Notes: generated from the sequence alone by a model not told the origin. Shown: positions 20,690 to 31,220, counted from the stretch's first letter. The stretch: 64,000 bases of DNA from an uncultured Nitrospiraceae bacterium (GCA_963727805.1 CAVSHF010000003.1:2240001-2304000); one strand, 5' to 3'. Numbers and translations: made by a program.

Positions 20690-20870
20690 CATTTTGGCCA
20701 GGATAGCAGCCGGTTGGGAGAACCCTCGGGAAATCTAAGAGGCGCCTTCTTAAAGGCTGACCCTCGACTCTAGACACAGGCAGCTCCACGACGAAGACAA
20801 GTCATGCGGTATCCAACCCGCGCATATCAGAGTGATCTACCGTCGTTTATCGCTGCTGTCCTGACCCAAA
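20690..20870 (+). ncRNA. Candidate bridge/seek RNA of IS110 element C
   Basis: 3' non-coding end containing matches to its own target (ggaaatcta, tctaga) and donor junction (catatcaga); RNA boundaries are approximate. Confidence 0.65.
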
Positions 20871-21076
20871 TGTATGATCCAAAAAGGAGGTTATAACAAA
20901 AAAACAAAGACGCTGATCATCAGCACTTGACAGGTTTAATACATATCAGATTTCCGGTAGTAATGCCCCATCGGACAGGATTGATCACGAAAATGAACTG
21001 GTACCAAGTAAAAAAAATGGTATACTGTAAAATTCATGGTAGAGAACCTAATAATATCAATGAGGAGGAATGATTC

Positions 21077-21409
21077 ATGGCGTTAATACGCAAGAAACGT
21101 ATCTGGTGGGCACAAGCTGAGGGAGCTGCAGAATATGTGGTTTACTGCAGTAAGGATGCTGCCGATTTAGAATCTCATAATTTCAAGTGGGAGTCGACAC
21201 CCGGCTTAGTGAACAAAGTTGTCCGCGGGAAGACTGAACTGATACTACCGGATGAGTGGAAAGAGTTCCCTTCTGACCCTGGCGAGTATCACCTTGCCAT
21301 TACAGCTCGAGACGAGGCAGGTAACGAAAGTGACCCTTTTTTGTGCCAGGGGTTCTTCAAGTTTACTGCACCACTTGCACCCACAAGGGCAGGGATAGAG
21401 AGTCATTGA
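21077..21409 (+). CDS. Hypothetical protein, fibronectin-III-like beta-sandwich
   Basis: GAGGAGG RBS; W...Y.VY...Y.LAITARDEAGNES pattern. Confidence 0.6.
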   Translation: MALIRKKRIWWAQAEGAAEYVVYCSKDAADLESHNFKWESTPGLVNKVVRGKTELILPDEWKEFPSDPGEYHLAITARDEAGNESDPFLCQGFFKFTAPLAPTRAGIESH

Positions 21410-21423
21410 CTGACTGGGTCTTG

Positions 21424-22101
21424 ATGACGGATTCAATCCGCCTCACAAGAGAGTCGCTCGGCCGGATTCTTAAGCTAATTCCTGTGTCTCGGGATAGATT
21501 TAACAATGCGTCTTTTAGAGAAGTATTCCTAGATGACCTCTCTCAGCAAGTCGTCTTGATTGATCGCCTGACGGAAAGTCTTGAGAAATATATCGCTAGC
21601 AAAGAGTGGGACGAGGGTACAGGTAAGATTAACCTTTTTGTCAAGGAAATCCTTAAGAATCACCAGATGGAATTTGCTGGCAAGAATATCCAAGTTCATC
21701 TATCTCTCCAGAAAGACATCCCTAATGTCACTCTTCCGGATGAACATTTGAAGCATGTTATAAAAGTCGTCCTTCAATACGCAATATCCTCTCCATCCAG
21801 AGACGACCATTTAAAAATCACAATGAAACATGTTGAAGTACAAGAAGGAACCGTAGATGTCGAAGATAGGAACCGAACAGACTGCATCGAACTCGATGTA
21901 GATTTTAGTGGATATCCCTGGCAAATCGACTCATCTGAAGATGATTTCGGCATGACGCTCTCCAATAAAGAGAAGGTGTTGAAGCTTGAACTCAGCTTTG
22001 CTAAGAATATAGTCGAAATACATGGGGGGCAACTCAGGTTGCTACATCGTAGCAGTGACTCTACAACAACAATAAATTTAACGCTTCCAATTCGAAAATG
22101 A
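21424..22101 (+). CDS. Degenerate histidine-kinase-like (HATPase-like) protein
   Basis: INLFVKEIL, LQKDIPNV, AKNIVEIHGGQL, TTINLTLP; N and G boxes not canonical; start uncertain. Confidence 0.6.
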   Translation: MTDSIRLTRESLGRILKLIPVSRDRFNNASFREVFLDDLSQQVVLIDRLTESLEKYIASKEWDEGTGKINLFVKEILKNHQMEFAGKNIQVHLSLQKDIPNVTLPDEHLKHVIKVVLQYAISSPSRDDHLKITMKHVEVQEGTVDVEDRNRTDCIELDVDFSGYPWQIDSSEDDFGMTLSNKEKVLKLELSFAKNIVEIHGGQLRLLHRSSDSTTTINLTLPIRK

Positions 22102-23484
22102 AGACCACATCCCGCATACCGGGTAGATATGTGAATGCTATGTTATTATGTTTGAGATCTTCAGGCCTTTCTGGACACTTCTTTCATAAACGCTGGTGTA
22201 CACTGTGTTCTCCGCACAGATCGATAAAAATCTTAATGAGCATTTTGTTAATCTGCAGGCGATGACGGTTTCTTTCTAAATTCATGCATGAGCATTCGGA
22301 CTCTCACAGACTACTTGACACGGAAGAACATCTCGACTAAAACGTCTGCCTGAAAATAACAGCTACTTCGGAAATCGACAACTTTGGTGAAAGCCTGCAG
22401 CGTCAGTTCTCAAGTAGACTTTGAATAGCTCAGCTGGTGGATACGACGAGGGAGGTGTAACGAAGCCGCGAGAGGATTGTTAAATTACTTCCTATAAAAT
22501 CAGCCACTTAGCTCTTATCTATATATTACTATTCATAAAATTTCACTTTGAATAATACCAACACATTGCAAGCCTTTTATTCGAAAGTAAAAAGGGCGTA
22601 GTGAGGAGTTTAGAAAGCCGAAATCAAGCACGATATTTTTCGAGCGCTTTTCCCTTATTTGCCTTCCCATATTTTTTCAAAAGTGAGTTAGTCTATTCTG
22701 CGCTAGCAAAGCACAAGCGTTATGTCTTTGTTTTATATGCTTTTTACTTGCATTATCATGTGTATTTATTTTATAGTAAAAATATGATTTATACTTTTGG
22801 TTATATGATTTGGAGTGTCACAACTTCAAGTGTGCATGAAGGAGAATAGGAGAGATCAGTTGGTTGACGTGCAGTCACACCCCTACTCCCTTCCACCAGA
22901 GAAGTTCGATTTTAACCTGAACAGGCTTCATACTTATTTTGTGGAGTGCCACATTTGGGAAGGTGCAATTTTGGGTGGCAAGAAAGGACCAGTTTACGAG
23001 AACGGGATCGAATGACTGATAAATGAATGCTACTCCAAAAGCGTTCTCCTTTTTTTGCGTAGAGGCTGACCCTTGTTCATGTCACAGATTCTACGACATT
23101 GCTAGACGCCTCTTGTTCAAGGGTGTGGAGTGTATTCATGTTATGCAGTCGGGAGAAGAATTTACGACATCAGAATTAATCGACAGGTGCCCTTAGGCGG
23201 TCGCGTATTGGCCCAATCCAAATGGATGAATAGCAGATATATACTCTTCAGAAAAAAGAAGGCATGGCGCAGAGCTAGATCAAATTGCATAACGATCTTT
23301 ATAAAATTGAATCTCTTGTTCGAGTGGCTCATAGTTTCGTAGACGAGAACACTTGAGGAGATCCCCGTTTTGTGGATATCGGCACAATAACAGAGTTTAC
23401 CCTGGGAAGAATAAACTTACTCAAAGCCGATATTTTCAGTTTGTCTGAGGGATAAAAGAGGATACAAAGTAGAGAGTATAGACG

Positions 23485-23694
23485 ATGAAACATATCTGTA
23501 ATGAATGCAGGTCAGAGTTTGCCAAACGCCCGGCAATGGAATGCCCTGCGTGCGGACATGACGAACTAAGCGCAGTCGATGATAAGGCCTCTAAGTGCTT
23601 CTCAAGAACTCAGAATGGGGCCATCGATAAGGCCGTCGCGAGACTGAAGAAAGAGCCCCTGAAGATCCGATATGGAGGCATCGAGGACCTCTGA
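23485..23694 (+). CDS. Small zinc-ribbon protein
   Basis: CNEC...CPACG. Confidence 0.55.
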   Translation: MKHICNECRSEFAKRPAMECPACGHDELSAVDDKASKCFSRTQNGAIDKAVARLKKEPLKIRYGGIEDL

Positions 23695-24396
23695 TAATCT
23701 CCCTATTTATCTTCTTCGGAAGTTTTGGTGCATTATGGTAGGATTTTCAAGGAACCGTAAAAATTCTCTGATTAATGGACATAAAAATATGCTATACATG
23801 GCGTCATAAATCAATAACAATTCAGCAACACACGCTGCGTCTTCTTCCGACAGCCTTGCAGGACTTGAACATCCAAAGAAACAACCAGTTATGACGCCTT
23901 GCTTAGAAGAGGAAGCACATCTCAGTGCATGTTTCAAACGACCGCCTGAAAACCTCAAAGAAGATTGCATAATTTGCCCTGTAATAAACAGCATCTTTTT
24001 GCGAAGTGCACCTACAATTTCACAAGCAGCTCGAGGAGAAAACAACGATTTCCAGTAATACTAACCGTATTTCTTGAACAGGTGGGTTGGCCATAGAAGA
24101 AGTCCTCGCTGAGCTTGGCTTTCGGAAATATACTTCTTTTTGATAATTCGCAGCAAGCTTTTGATTGATAATACTCAACTTCACCCTCAAAGAAACGAAC
24201 AGGTTCAGATGGGAACGTGAATAGTCGCTAAAAAGACACAACGGCAGAACTGCAGCGTTGAGCAAGGAGACGTCGATAATTAGCTTGGTGATTTGTAGAC
24301 AACAGACGATAAAGAATCAACTTTAATCGCCTCCGGGCATATAAACACCAGAATGAGTCCCCTCATCAAACTTATGAATTATATAGGTTAGACAAG

Positions 24397-25347
24397 CTAT
24401 CTTTGTGATTTTTCTATGCTCACCAGTTCGACTGGATAGCCGTGCCCGCGCCAGGCGTGAAAACCTCCGGCCAGCGGCCGAACACGCGTAATTCCGCGCT
24501 GCCGCAATCGTATCGCCACCCGGGCGCTAGACGCTTCGTTGGGTCACGTGCAATACACAACCACCTCGCGATCTTTCGGAACTTCCTGATAACTCTCTAA
24601 CTGTTCTGAAGGAATGCGCAGAGCGCCAGGGATTATATAGGGATCAGCGTCAAAATCAAGAGAGTGACGAACATCAACAATCATAATATCTTCGCCGGCG
24701 TCTAATTTCTGTTTTAATTCTTCTGGTGTGACGCGTGCTACGAAAAGCTGCCGTAAAAAACGACGCCGCATGGAATATTTACGAAGAATATAAATTGACA
24801 GCCCTCCGGCAACGAGAAGGAAGAGCGTGTTACCCATACTTGCGGCGTAAGCCAATACGCGATCAAGCTGTTCGCTGAATAGATAACCGAACGCCGCAAA
24901 AGAGCCGACCCACAAGATCACTCCCATACTGTCGAAAAATAAAAAAAGTGGCAGTCGCATGCGGATGATGCCAGCCAATGGCGTCGACACAGCGCTTAGC
25001 CCTGGTAAAAATTTAGTTATCAAGAGGGATCGGGAACCATACCGCAAAAAGAGTTTTTCCGTTCGATGGACACAGGAGTCAGGTTCGAGAGAAATACGGC
25101 AGAGTAATGATAACAACCGATCGCCACTCCGTCTGCCAATATAGTACCAGAATATGTCGCCCAACAGCGCAGCGCAGACTCCTAGACCGATGCATGGAAA
25201 TAACTTCATCTGCCCGACACCAGCCAGGGCTCCTACAGTAATTAACAAAGGAGCGCTGGGGATAGGAAGTCCCATAGTTTCCGCAAGAACCCAGATAAAC
25301 AGCACAGTATAGCCATGCTGTATCAAGAATGGTATTATATCATGCAC
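24397..25347 (-). CDS. DedA/VTT + rhodanese fusion, predicted selenoprotein (in-frame UGA at 24544-24546)
   Basis: DedA motifs (ETMGLPIP, GD..WY..GR, KFLPG); YCT-UGA-PNEASSARVA...RPLAGGFHAW..GYPVE continues in frame to TAG at 24397. Confidence 0.85.
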
Positions 25348-25416
25348 TTATTCCATTCCTTTAGCTTTCAAGGCGTGCGTTAAGAACAGGATATTCGTTA
25401 AGCTTACGCCCATTTT

Positions 25417-25470
25417 TTAGCCACTGGAAACCACAATTTCATGATCATCAGCGATCAGTATTCGAAGCAT
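25417..25470 (-). pseudogene. 5' remnant of a NarL-type response regulator
   Basis: GGAGG RBS + MLRILIADDHEIVV then stop after 17 codons. Confidence 0.6.
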
Positions 25471-25757
25471 TTCGCCTCCGTCAATCAAACGTTGTTAATA
25501 TAGTTTATGCAGATGTGAAGGACAAATACAGTCAGGGTTCTCTGTTTCTTCCCAGGTTGTAACACACAACATATTAACAGGAATCGAAACGCTTAATTCA
25601 GAAAGTTCATCTCGGTGCATATTTCACCTCGAAGACTAACTCCCACACCAAGAGTGGTATGTCTGCGATTGAACAGACGGCAACTCTGCAACTAGGCGGT
25701 GACAGAAATGGATCGAATGCTCAAATAAACCCGTATGGAAGTTCGCAATATTATTGT

Positions 25758-27455
25758 TTAAAGCCGTCCTGAGCGGATGATCGAAATGATCAACCAGAGG
25801 CCGAGGAAAAAGGCTACGACAAATGTGATCAGCCCCAGGAATGAAAGGCCGAAGATGGTAGGCAGGACACCGGCTGCGTGCATAATCGCTGAACTCAGGA
25901 TCATGGTGCTCACGATCATCGCAAAGGCGATCCTGTTGGTAGCACGGTCCATGTCCTTAATAAATTCCGGCAGGTTCACATGATACATCTTTATCTGAAG
26001 GTCGTCTTTCACAGCCTTCTTGATAAGCTTCTTCATCTGTTTGGGGAATATCTGAGCGAAATCTGCTATCTCCTTTACATTCTGCACGGCCTTCTCGTAT
26101 ATCCTAGCCGGGTTCATACGTTTGAGACCTAGTTTCGATGCGAAAGGTTCAGCTGCAGCGATAACATCGATCTCGGAATCCAATTGTCTGCAAAGATTTT
26201 CGAGCATCATCAGGGTTTTGTCGATAAGAAGCAATTCGGAGGGTATCCTCAGATTATGTTTTATCGCCAGACGCGTAATGGTGTCCAGGAATTGGGTGAA
26301 CTGTATTTCCTGAAGTTTAAGTCCGTAAAGAGGTTCGAGTAAGTCGGCCAAGTCGGACTTGAATTCCCGTTTAAATGAGTCCGTATCTATATCTTCGGGA
26401 ACGATGCCAAGGTCGATATAGTGATCGACCAGACTCTCGAAATCTTTGCTGATCAATGACATGAAAGTCCCGGCGATAATTTCCTTAACTTCATCCGAGA
26501 CCCTTCCAACGATCCCGAAATCGAGAAAAGCGATTTCTCCGCCAGGTTTGATCAGGATATTACCCGGATGCGGATCGGCATGGAAAAAGCCGTCTTCGAG
26601 TATCTGCTTGAAATAGACGTTAAGTCCGTGTCGGGCAAGCCTCTTCTTGTCCACTCCCATCGCATCTATCGCGGCGATGTTGTCTATCCTAACCCCTTCG
26701 ATCATTTCGAGAACAAGCACCCTCTCCTTGCTCAAATCCTCATAGACCTTTGGGATATGAACTCCGGGATAACCCTCGAAATTTTTCCTTAAACGCGCGC
26801 AGTTCCTCGCCTCTTCTACGAAATTAAGCTCCTTCTTCACCGTTCTGGTGAACTCCTCGACTATCCCAGATGGATTGAAGAACCTGCTCTCCGGTACATT
26901 CTTCTCCAGGAGCCTCGCGACAAAAGACATTATCGTTATGTCGGATTCTATATCTTCGCGGATATGCGGCCTCTGGACCTTGACGACAACATCGTCACCG
27001 TTGCGTAGCCTGGCGCGATGGACCTGAGCGATAGAAGCAGCTGCGATGGGCGTATCATCGAAACCGAGGAAGAAAGATTCGAGCGACATTCGGAGATCCT
27101 CCTCGATGATATTCCTGACTTCTTGCACAGAGAATGGAGGAACCTCATCCTGGAGTTTCTTGAACTCGTTTGCGAACTGTTCGGATATAAGATCAGGCCT
27201 CGACGAAAGAAGTTGAGCGAGTTTGATAAAGGAAGGACCAAGTTCGGCGAATGCCTTCCTCAATCTTTCAGCTGCCGAAGGCCCTTTGACGGCAGGCCAT
27301 GCGCCGAAAGACCTGAGCCTCTTCTTGAAAGGGACATATACCCCGAGATGGACCTGGTCGACAATCTGGCCAAAGCCGTATTTCAGGAAGACATTGATGA
27401 TCTGCTGCAGTCTTCTGGCGGACCTATATTTTCGTGCAAGGCCAGGAATATCCAC
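25758..27455 (-). CDS. ABC1/AarF/UbiB-family atypical kinase
   Basis: LGPSFIKLAQ, LQDEVPP, AAASIAQVH, VVVKVQRP, FFHADPHPGN, DFGIVG. Confidence 0.93.
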   Translation of the reverse strand: MDIPGLARKYRSARRLQQIINVFLKYGFGQIVDQVHLGVYVPFKKRLRSFGAWPAVKGPSAAERLRKAFAELGPSFIKLAQLLSSRPDLISEQFANEFKKLQDEVPPFSVQEVRNIIEEDLRMSLESFFLGFDDTPIAAASIAQVHRARLRNGDDVVVKVQRPHIREDIESDITIMSFVARLLEKNVPESRFFNPSGIVEEFTRTVKKELNFVEEARNCARLRKNFEGYPGVHIPKVYEDLSKERVLVLEMIEGVRIDNIAAIDAMGVDKKRLARHGLNVYFKQILEDGFFHADPHPGNILIKPGGEIAFLDFGIVGRVSDEVKEIIAGTFMSLISKDFESLVDHYIDLGIVPEDIDTDSFKREFKSDLADLLEPLYGLKLQEIQFTQFLDTITRLAIKHNLRIPSELLLIDKTLMMLENLCRQLDSEIDVIAAAEPFASKLGLKRMNPARIYEKAVQNVKEIADFAQIFPKQMKKLIKKAVKDDLQIKMYHVNLPEFIKDMDRATNRIAFAMIVSTMILSSAIMHAAGVLPTIFGLSFLGLITFVVAFFLGLWLIISIIRSGRL

Positions 27456-27464
27456 AGGCTGATG

Positions 27465-27788
27465 CTAGGCTTCTTTGCCGGGGGCCCGCAGCTGTTCCAT
27501 GGTACTGATTCTTTCTTGAAGCTTTTGAATCTGCTCATTGAGTAACTCAATGTCCTGTTTAGTAGGGATACTCATCTTTTCGAGAGTCCTGGGTACGATG
27601 CCGGCAACAATTTCAATTAGCTCAGAGCTAGTCTTCTCTGCCTTCTCGGACCATTCCTTGACGAGTTTTGCGCCCTGCGATTCGCTTAATTCCCCTCGTT
27701 TCACAAGGTCCTCGACAAATTCCTTCACCTTCTCTTGTACGCCAAAACCCGCCAATATCGCATTCCTCACGAGATCCAAGCCTGTCAT
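27465..27788 (-). CDS. Phasin-like coiled-coil protein
   Basis: LAGFG...DLVKRGELS...IPTKQDI..L...I; GGAGG RBS before MTGLD; common ubiB neighbour. Confidence 0.7.
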   Translation of the reverse strand: MTGLDLVRNAILAGFGVQEKVKEFVEDLVKRGELSESQGAKLVKEWSEKAEKTSSELIEIVAGIVPRTLEKMSIPTKQDIELLNEQIQKLQERISTMEQLRAPGKEA

Positions 27789-27863
27789 GTGTCCCTCCGT
27801 TATCCAGAGTAGCAATTGCGTATCGACAGACACCGCTACAGAAGTCTGATTTTTGACTTCCGG

Positions 27864-28040
27864 CTACTTCTTTTTTACTAAAGAATACACAGATTCCAGG
27901 GCACTGTCCAGCTTGTTGAGTTCCCTTGTCCATCCCTGGGCCATTTCTGGCTTTCCTCCGCCTCTGCCTCTTGCGAGAGCCACGCCAGTCTTCAGTATCT
28001 CGCAGTCACCGAATTGTTTTGTGAGGCCCTTGGTCCCCAT
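27864..28040 (-). pseudogene. alaS: 3' remnant of alanyl-tRNA synthetase (C-Ala/DHHA1 end)
   Basis: TKGLTKQF...EILK...LARGRGGGKPEMAQG.TRELNKLDSALESV. Confidence 0.7.
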
Positions 28041-28088
28041 GGACCTGGTCGTCTTTGGCTGAGGCTATTACTTCTCGTTGTATATTTT

Positions 28089-28367
28089 TCATAGACGGTT
28101 GGAATAGTCGGTATTTATATCGGTTTCTTTTGATGCCGGCTCTCCGGATTGTTTGTTGTGGTGTATAAAGACCGAAAACTCATCTGAAATAAAGGGGACG
28201 TCCACCGTGAATGTCGTTGGAAAAAATCTGTTACCTGCGATACCATGGGCTTGTGATGAAACTGGAAATATTATGACAATCATCAAGGAGAGGAAAATTA
28301 GCGGGACAAGTAACTCTTCAATTCTTCGTATAGCTGTGGGGGAATAAATCTCCCTATAAATCATCAT
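28089..28367 (-). pseudogene. Truncated secreted/outer-membrane protein (N-terminus only)
   Basis: Signal peptide followed by AHGIAGNRFFPTTFTVDVPFISDE, then early stop next to the alaS remnant. Confidence 0.5.
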
Positions 28368-28897
28368 TCCCTCCGAAATGCTATTTCTTTAATTCTAGCA
28401 TCGCATCAGAGACTGTAAAGCAGAAAACCCCGATATGCGGATCGCTGGACGCTCGCCTCTAGGCATCACGCTATTAATCGCAAATAATCAAATAGTGATA
28501 CCGATGCTTATTATAATATTCATATGGAAACCGTATTGCGTGATAACGATGGCCGTCCTCGATTAAAGGCATCAAGTTTGAGGCAGCTTTCGTTTCCCGA
28601 ATATCTCGATTAACAGGGCGTTATCCGAAAGCTCACGAGTGTTCTGCTATTTTCCATGTGACTGGGGTTTACCGACATCCTAATTAGTAACTAAAAGCTG
28701 TTTTTATCGGGTTGCAACACATAACATATGAACGGGAATCAAAACGTTTAATTCAGGAAGTTAATGAGATATTTTATTCACCAGTCCTGCATCCCAGCTT
28801 TTTCTGGGACTCCGCACATCTGATCTATCCCAACATCCTTACCGGTCGTTATTACCTTCCTCGTCATAGACTTACTATAAAGATGTTACGTTCCCCT

Positions 28898-29854
28898 TTA
28901 ATCCTCAGTGTCAAGCAGGATTTTAACATGATTACGTAACAGTTCAGGCAGCCGATTCACACAGTAGCCGCCCTCGAGAACCGAGATGATACGTCCCCCC
29001 GCATATTTTTCAGACATCGTAACAAGCCGTTTCATGATCCACGTGAATCCCTCCGTCGACAAATTTATATCGGACATATCATCATCGACATGGGCATCGA
29101 AGCCTGCTGACACAAGAATGACTTCTGGTTTGAATTGCTCGAATGCAGGCAACAGATCCCTCTTCAATAATTCTTTATATGCTTCATCGCCTTGTTCTGG
29201 CAATACAGTCGTATTGAGCGTAAACCCTAACCCCGGCCCTGCCCCCTTTTCAAATTCCCTGCCTGTGCCGGGATATGAAAATGAAGGATGCTCATGTATC
29301 GAGTAAAAGAAGACCGAGGGATCGTCCTCAAAAATACTCTGCGTGCCGTTTCCGTGATGGACATCGAAATCCACTATGCCAATCCGCTTGACTCCCCACT
29401 TGTTCTGAAGATATCTTGCCGCAATGGCGATATTGTTAAAAAAACAGAAACCCATAACCCTGTTGGCCTCGGCATGATGTCCGGGCGGTCTGACAGCGCA
29501 GAAGGCATTGTCTATCTCGCCCTTCATTACCCGTTCCACGGTGTCTATAACGCCGCCTGCCGCCAGCATGGCGGTCTCGAAGGTATCCCGACAAAGCCTG
29601 TTGTCCGGAGTGTCAAGCACGTCCAATCCCCGAAGGCTCGCCTCTTCAAAACGCAGAATGAGTTGCAAGCTATGCACAGCCTCGATCCACTCCTGTTTCG
29701 CACGACTGGCCTTAATTTGTGTCAAGTACGGCAGCAAGCCCCCCTCTTCCACCCCACGGCAAATCGCAGACAGCCGTTCCGGTGATTCTGGATGCTCCAG
29801 CCCGGTAAGGTGGAGCATGAAACGCTCGTCGTAAAGAAAGCCAGTCCTCCTCAT
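28898..29854 (-). CDS. Zn-dependent HDAC-family deacetylase (AcuC-like), copy 1
   Basis: HPESPER, RPPGHHA, GFCFFNN, DFDVHHGNGTQ, SAGFDAH, LEGGY; start set by alignment to copy 2. Confidence 0.93.
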   Translation of the reverse strand: MRRTGFLYDERFMLHLTGLEHPESPERLSAICRGVEEGGLLPYLTQIKASRAKQEWIEAVHSLQLILRFEEASLRGLDVLDTPDNRLCRDTFETAMLAAGGVIDTVERVMKGEIDNAFCAVRPPGHHAEANRVMGFCFFNNIAIAARYLQNKWGVKRIGIVDFDVHHGNGTQSIFEDDPSVFFYSIHEHPSFSYPGTGREFEKGAGPGLGFTLNTTVLPEQGDEAYKELLKRDLLPAFEQFKPEVILVSAGFDAHVDDDMSDINLSTEGFTWIMKRLVTMSEKYAGGRIISVLEGGYCVNRLPELLRNHVKILLDTED

Positions 29855-30010
29855 ATAATTCTGATGCATCATAATAAATAATAAAATATTCTTCATCCAA
29901 AATAACACTGCAAGTGCCGGCTTTAATATTCTCATACTCTGATATGGTGATAGCCGTCACCGAATCTCCCGGTGCTTAGCTGTACTGTTAAATCAGGGAG
30001 GTGGATTTCG

Positions 30011-30307
30011 ATGGGGATAAGAAAACTGTCTCTCTGCGTGGTCGCGACGTCAGTGATCTGGGTGATCGCTTTAGCCTTCTTTGAGTTTGCTTTGTTGGTT
30101 GCGCTTGTGGCTTCGGTCAGAAATGGGGATATTGCGTTGAATGTCGTGTTTGCATCATGCTCGGCGCTTTTCGTGGGCGCCAACTACGTTTTTATCAGGT
30201 TTCTGGTGTGCGAAGCAGCCGATTATAAAAGAAACGGAACCCCTGGGCAGAATAGGCATAGAAACTCTTCAGTCCTGTCCGATCAGAGAATTCTATCTCA
30301 GGATTAA
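30011..30307 (+). CDS. Hypothetical membrane protein
   Basis: GGAGG RBS before MGIRK; two hydrophobic segments. Confidence 0.45.
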   Translation: MGIRKLSLCVVATSVIWVIALAFFEFALLVALVASVRNGDIALNVVFASCSALFVGANYVFIRFLVCEAADYKRNGTPGQNRHRNSSVLSDQRILSQD

Positions 30308-30539
30308 TGGAAAACCGTACTTCATCGAAAGGAGAAGTAAAATGATTATAGCTTTAAAAGATGTCTGGGCAAAGTTTGAAAAATACGCTCAGGATAAAGG
30401 GTATACCAAGCGAATACTTACGGCATACGTGCTTTGCAATCAGCAGGGCAATCGGATCAAGTTGATTTCGATCCGGTCAGGCCAACACAAGATGGTCGTT
30501 TGGGAAGATAACATGGATTATTACGAAATGGACATATAA
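30307..30539 (+). CDS. Small hypothetical protein (start uncertain)
   Basis: Open frame ending MDYYEMDI; AGGAG RBS before MIIAL. Confidence 0.35.
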
Positions 30540-31220
30540 TAGCTAATATTATGAGAGCACGATGAAATATTCCGAATATTGTCCGAAACAATCACCCGTG
30601 TTGAGTCAGGACTGACTCTTAATCATTCATCAAAGATGCACTCAGCAAGTTTGCAGAAGCCGATTTAAACATATCAGTCGGAGCGAACTTTAGTGCGGCA
30701 AGTTTATAAACAAAGATTTTCTATCGCTTTGCGTGAGCATCGACTATCAGCGTTTCCTACAGCTATTCATTTCCTATGGTGTGCCCCTGAAAAAACTAAT
30801 ACAATTGTGATTATTGTAACTGGCAATCCATGACGTAAATGCTTGACTGCATAACAAAAGGGGTCCTGAGCATACCCGAATGAGACATCAAAATACTCGG
30901 AAAGATACGTTCAAAAAAAAATATCGCATATTTTTGCGTTATCATTGTTATGACGATGGCGTGTTTTTAAACAGACTGAAAAGACCTTTCCCTTTCCCCC
31001 GCAGAGGCATGACCGGATATTTCTACTTTGCTTTGCCGTGATTTCGCAGTTCGATTTGACAGAATTTGGCAAAAATGATATTCTGCACAAATTGTTTATA
31101 CGCTAGCCTAAAGCTGTCAAAGTACTGTTGTCACACATTTAAAACCAGGCTATGCTGTATGATGAATTCCGGAATGCCCATTTTGGGCTGTAATGAAACT
31201 GATAAGAGGAGGAAGTTGGG

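Larger units (their letters stand above)
15839..20950 (+). mobile_element. IS110-family element C (IS1111 type), interrupted by a nested transposon
   Basis: 16-bp sub-terminal IRs atgtattaaacctgtc (15846-15861) / gacaggtttaatacat (20929-20944); AGA shared at both ends; ~360-nt 3' non-coding end. Confidence 0.9.

Noticed and set aside
22100..24390. Short ORFs around the zinc-ribbon gene
   Set aside because: No RBS or motif support; possibly decayed sequence I cannot assign
29855..29935. N-terminal extension of HDAC copy 1 resembling a signal peptide
   Set aside because: The paralogue starts at the equivalent MR(K/R)TGF; the extension is AT-rich upstream sequence
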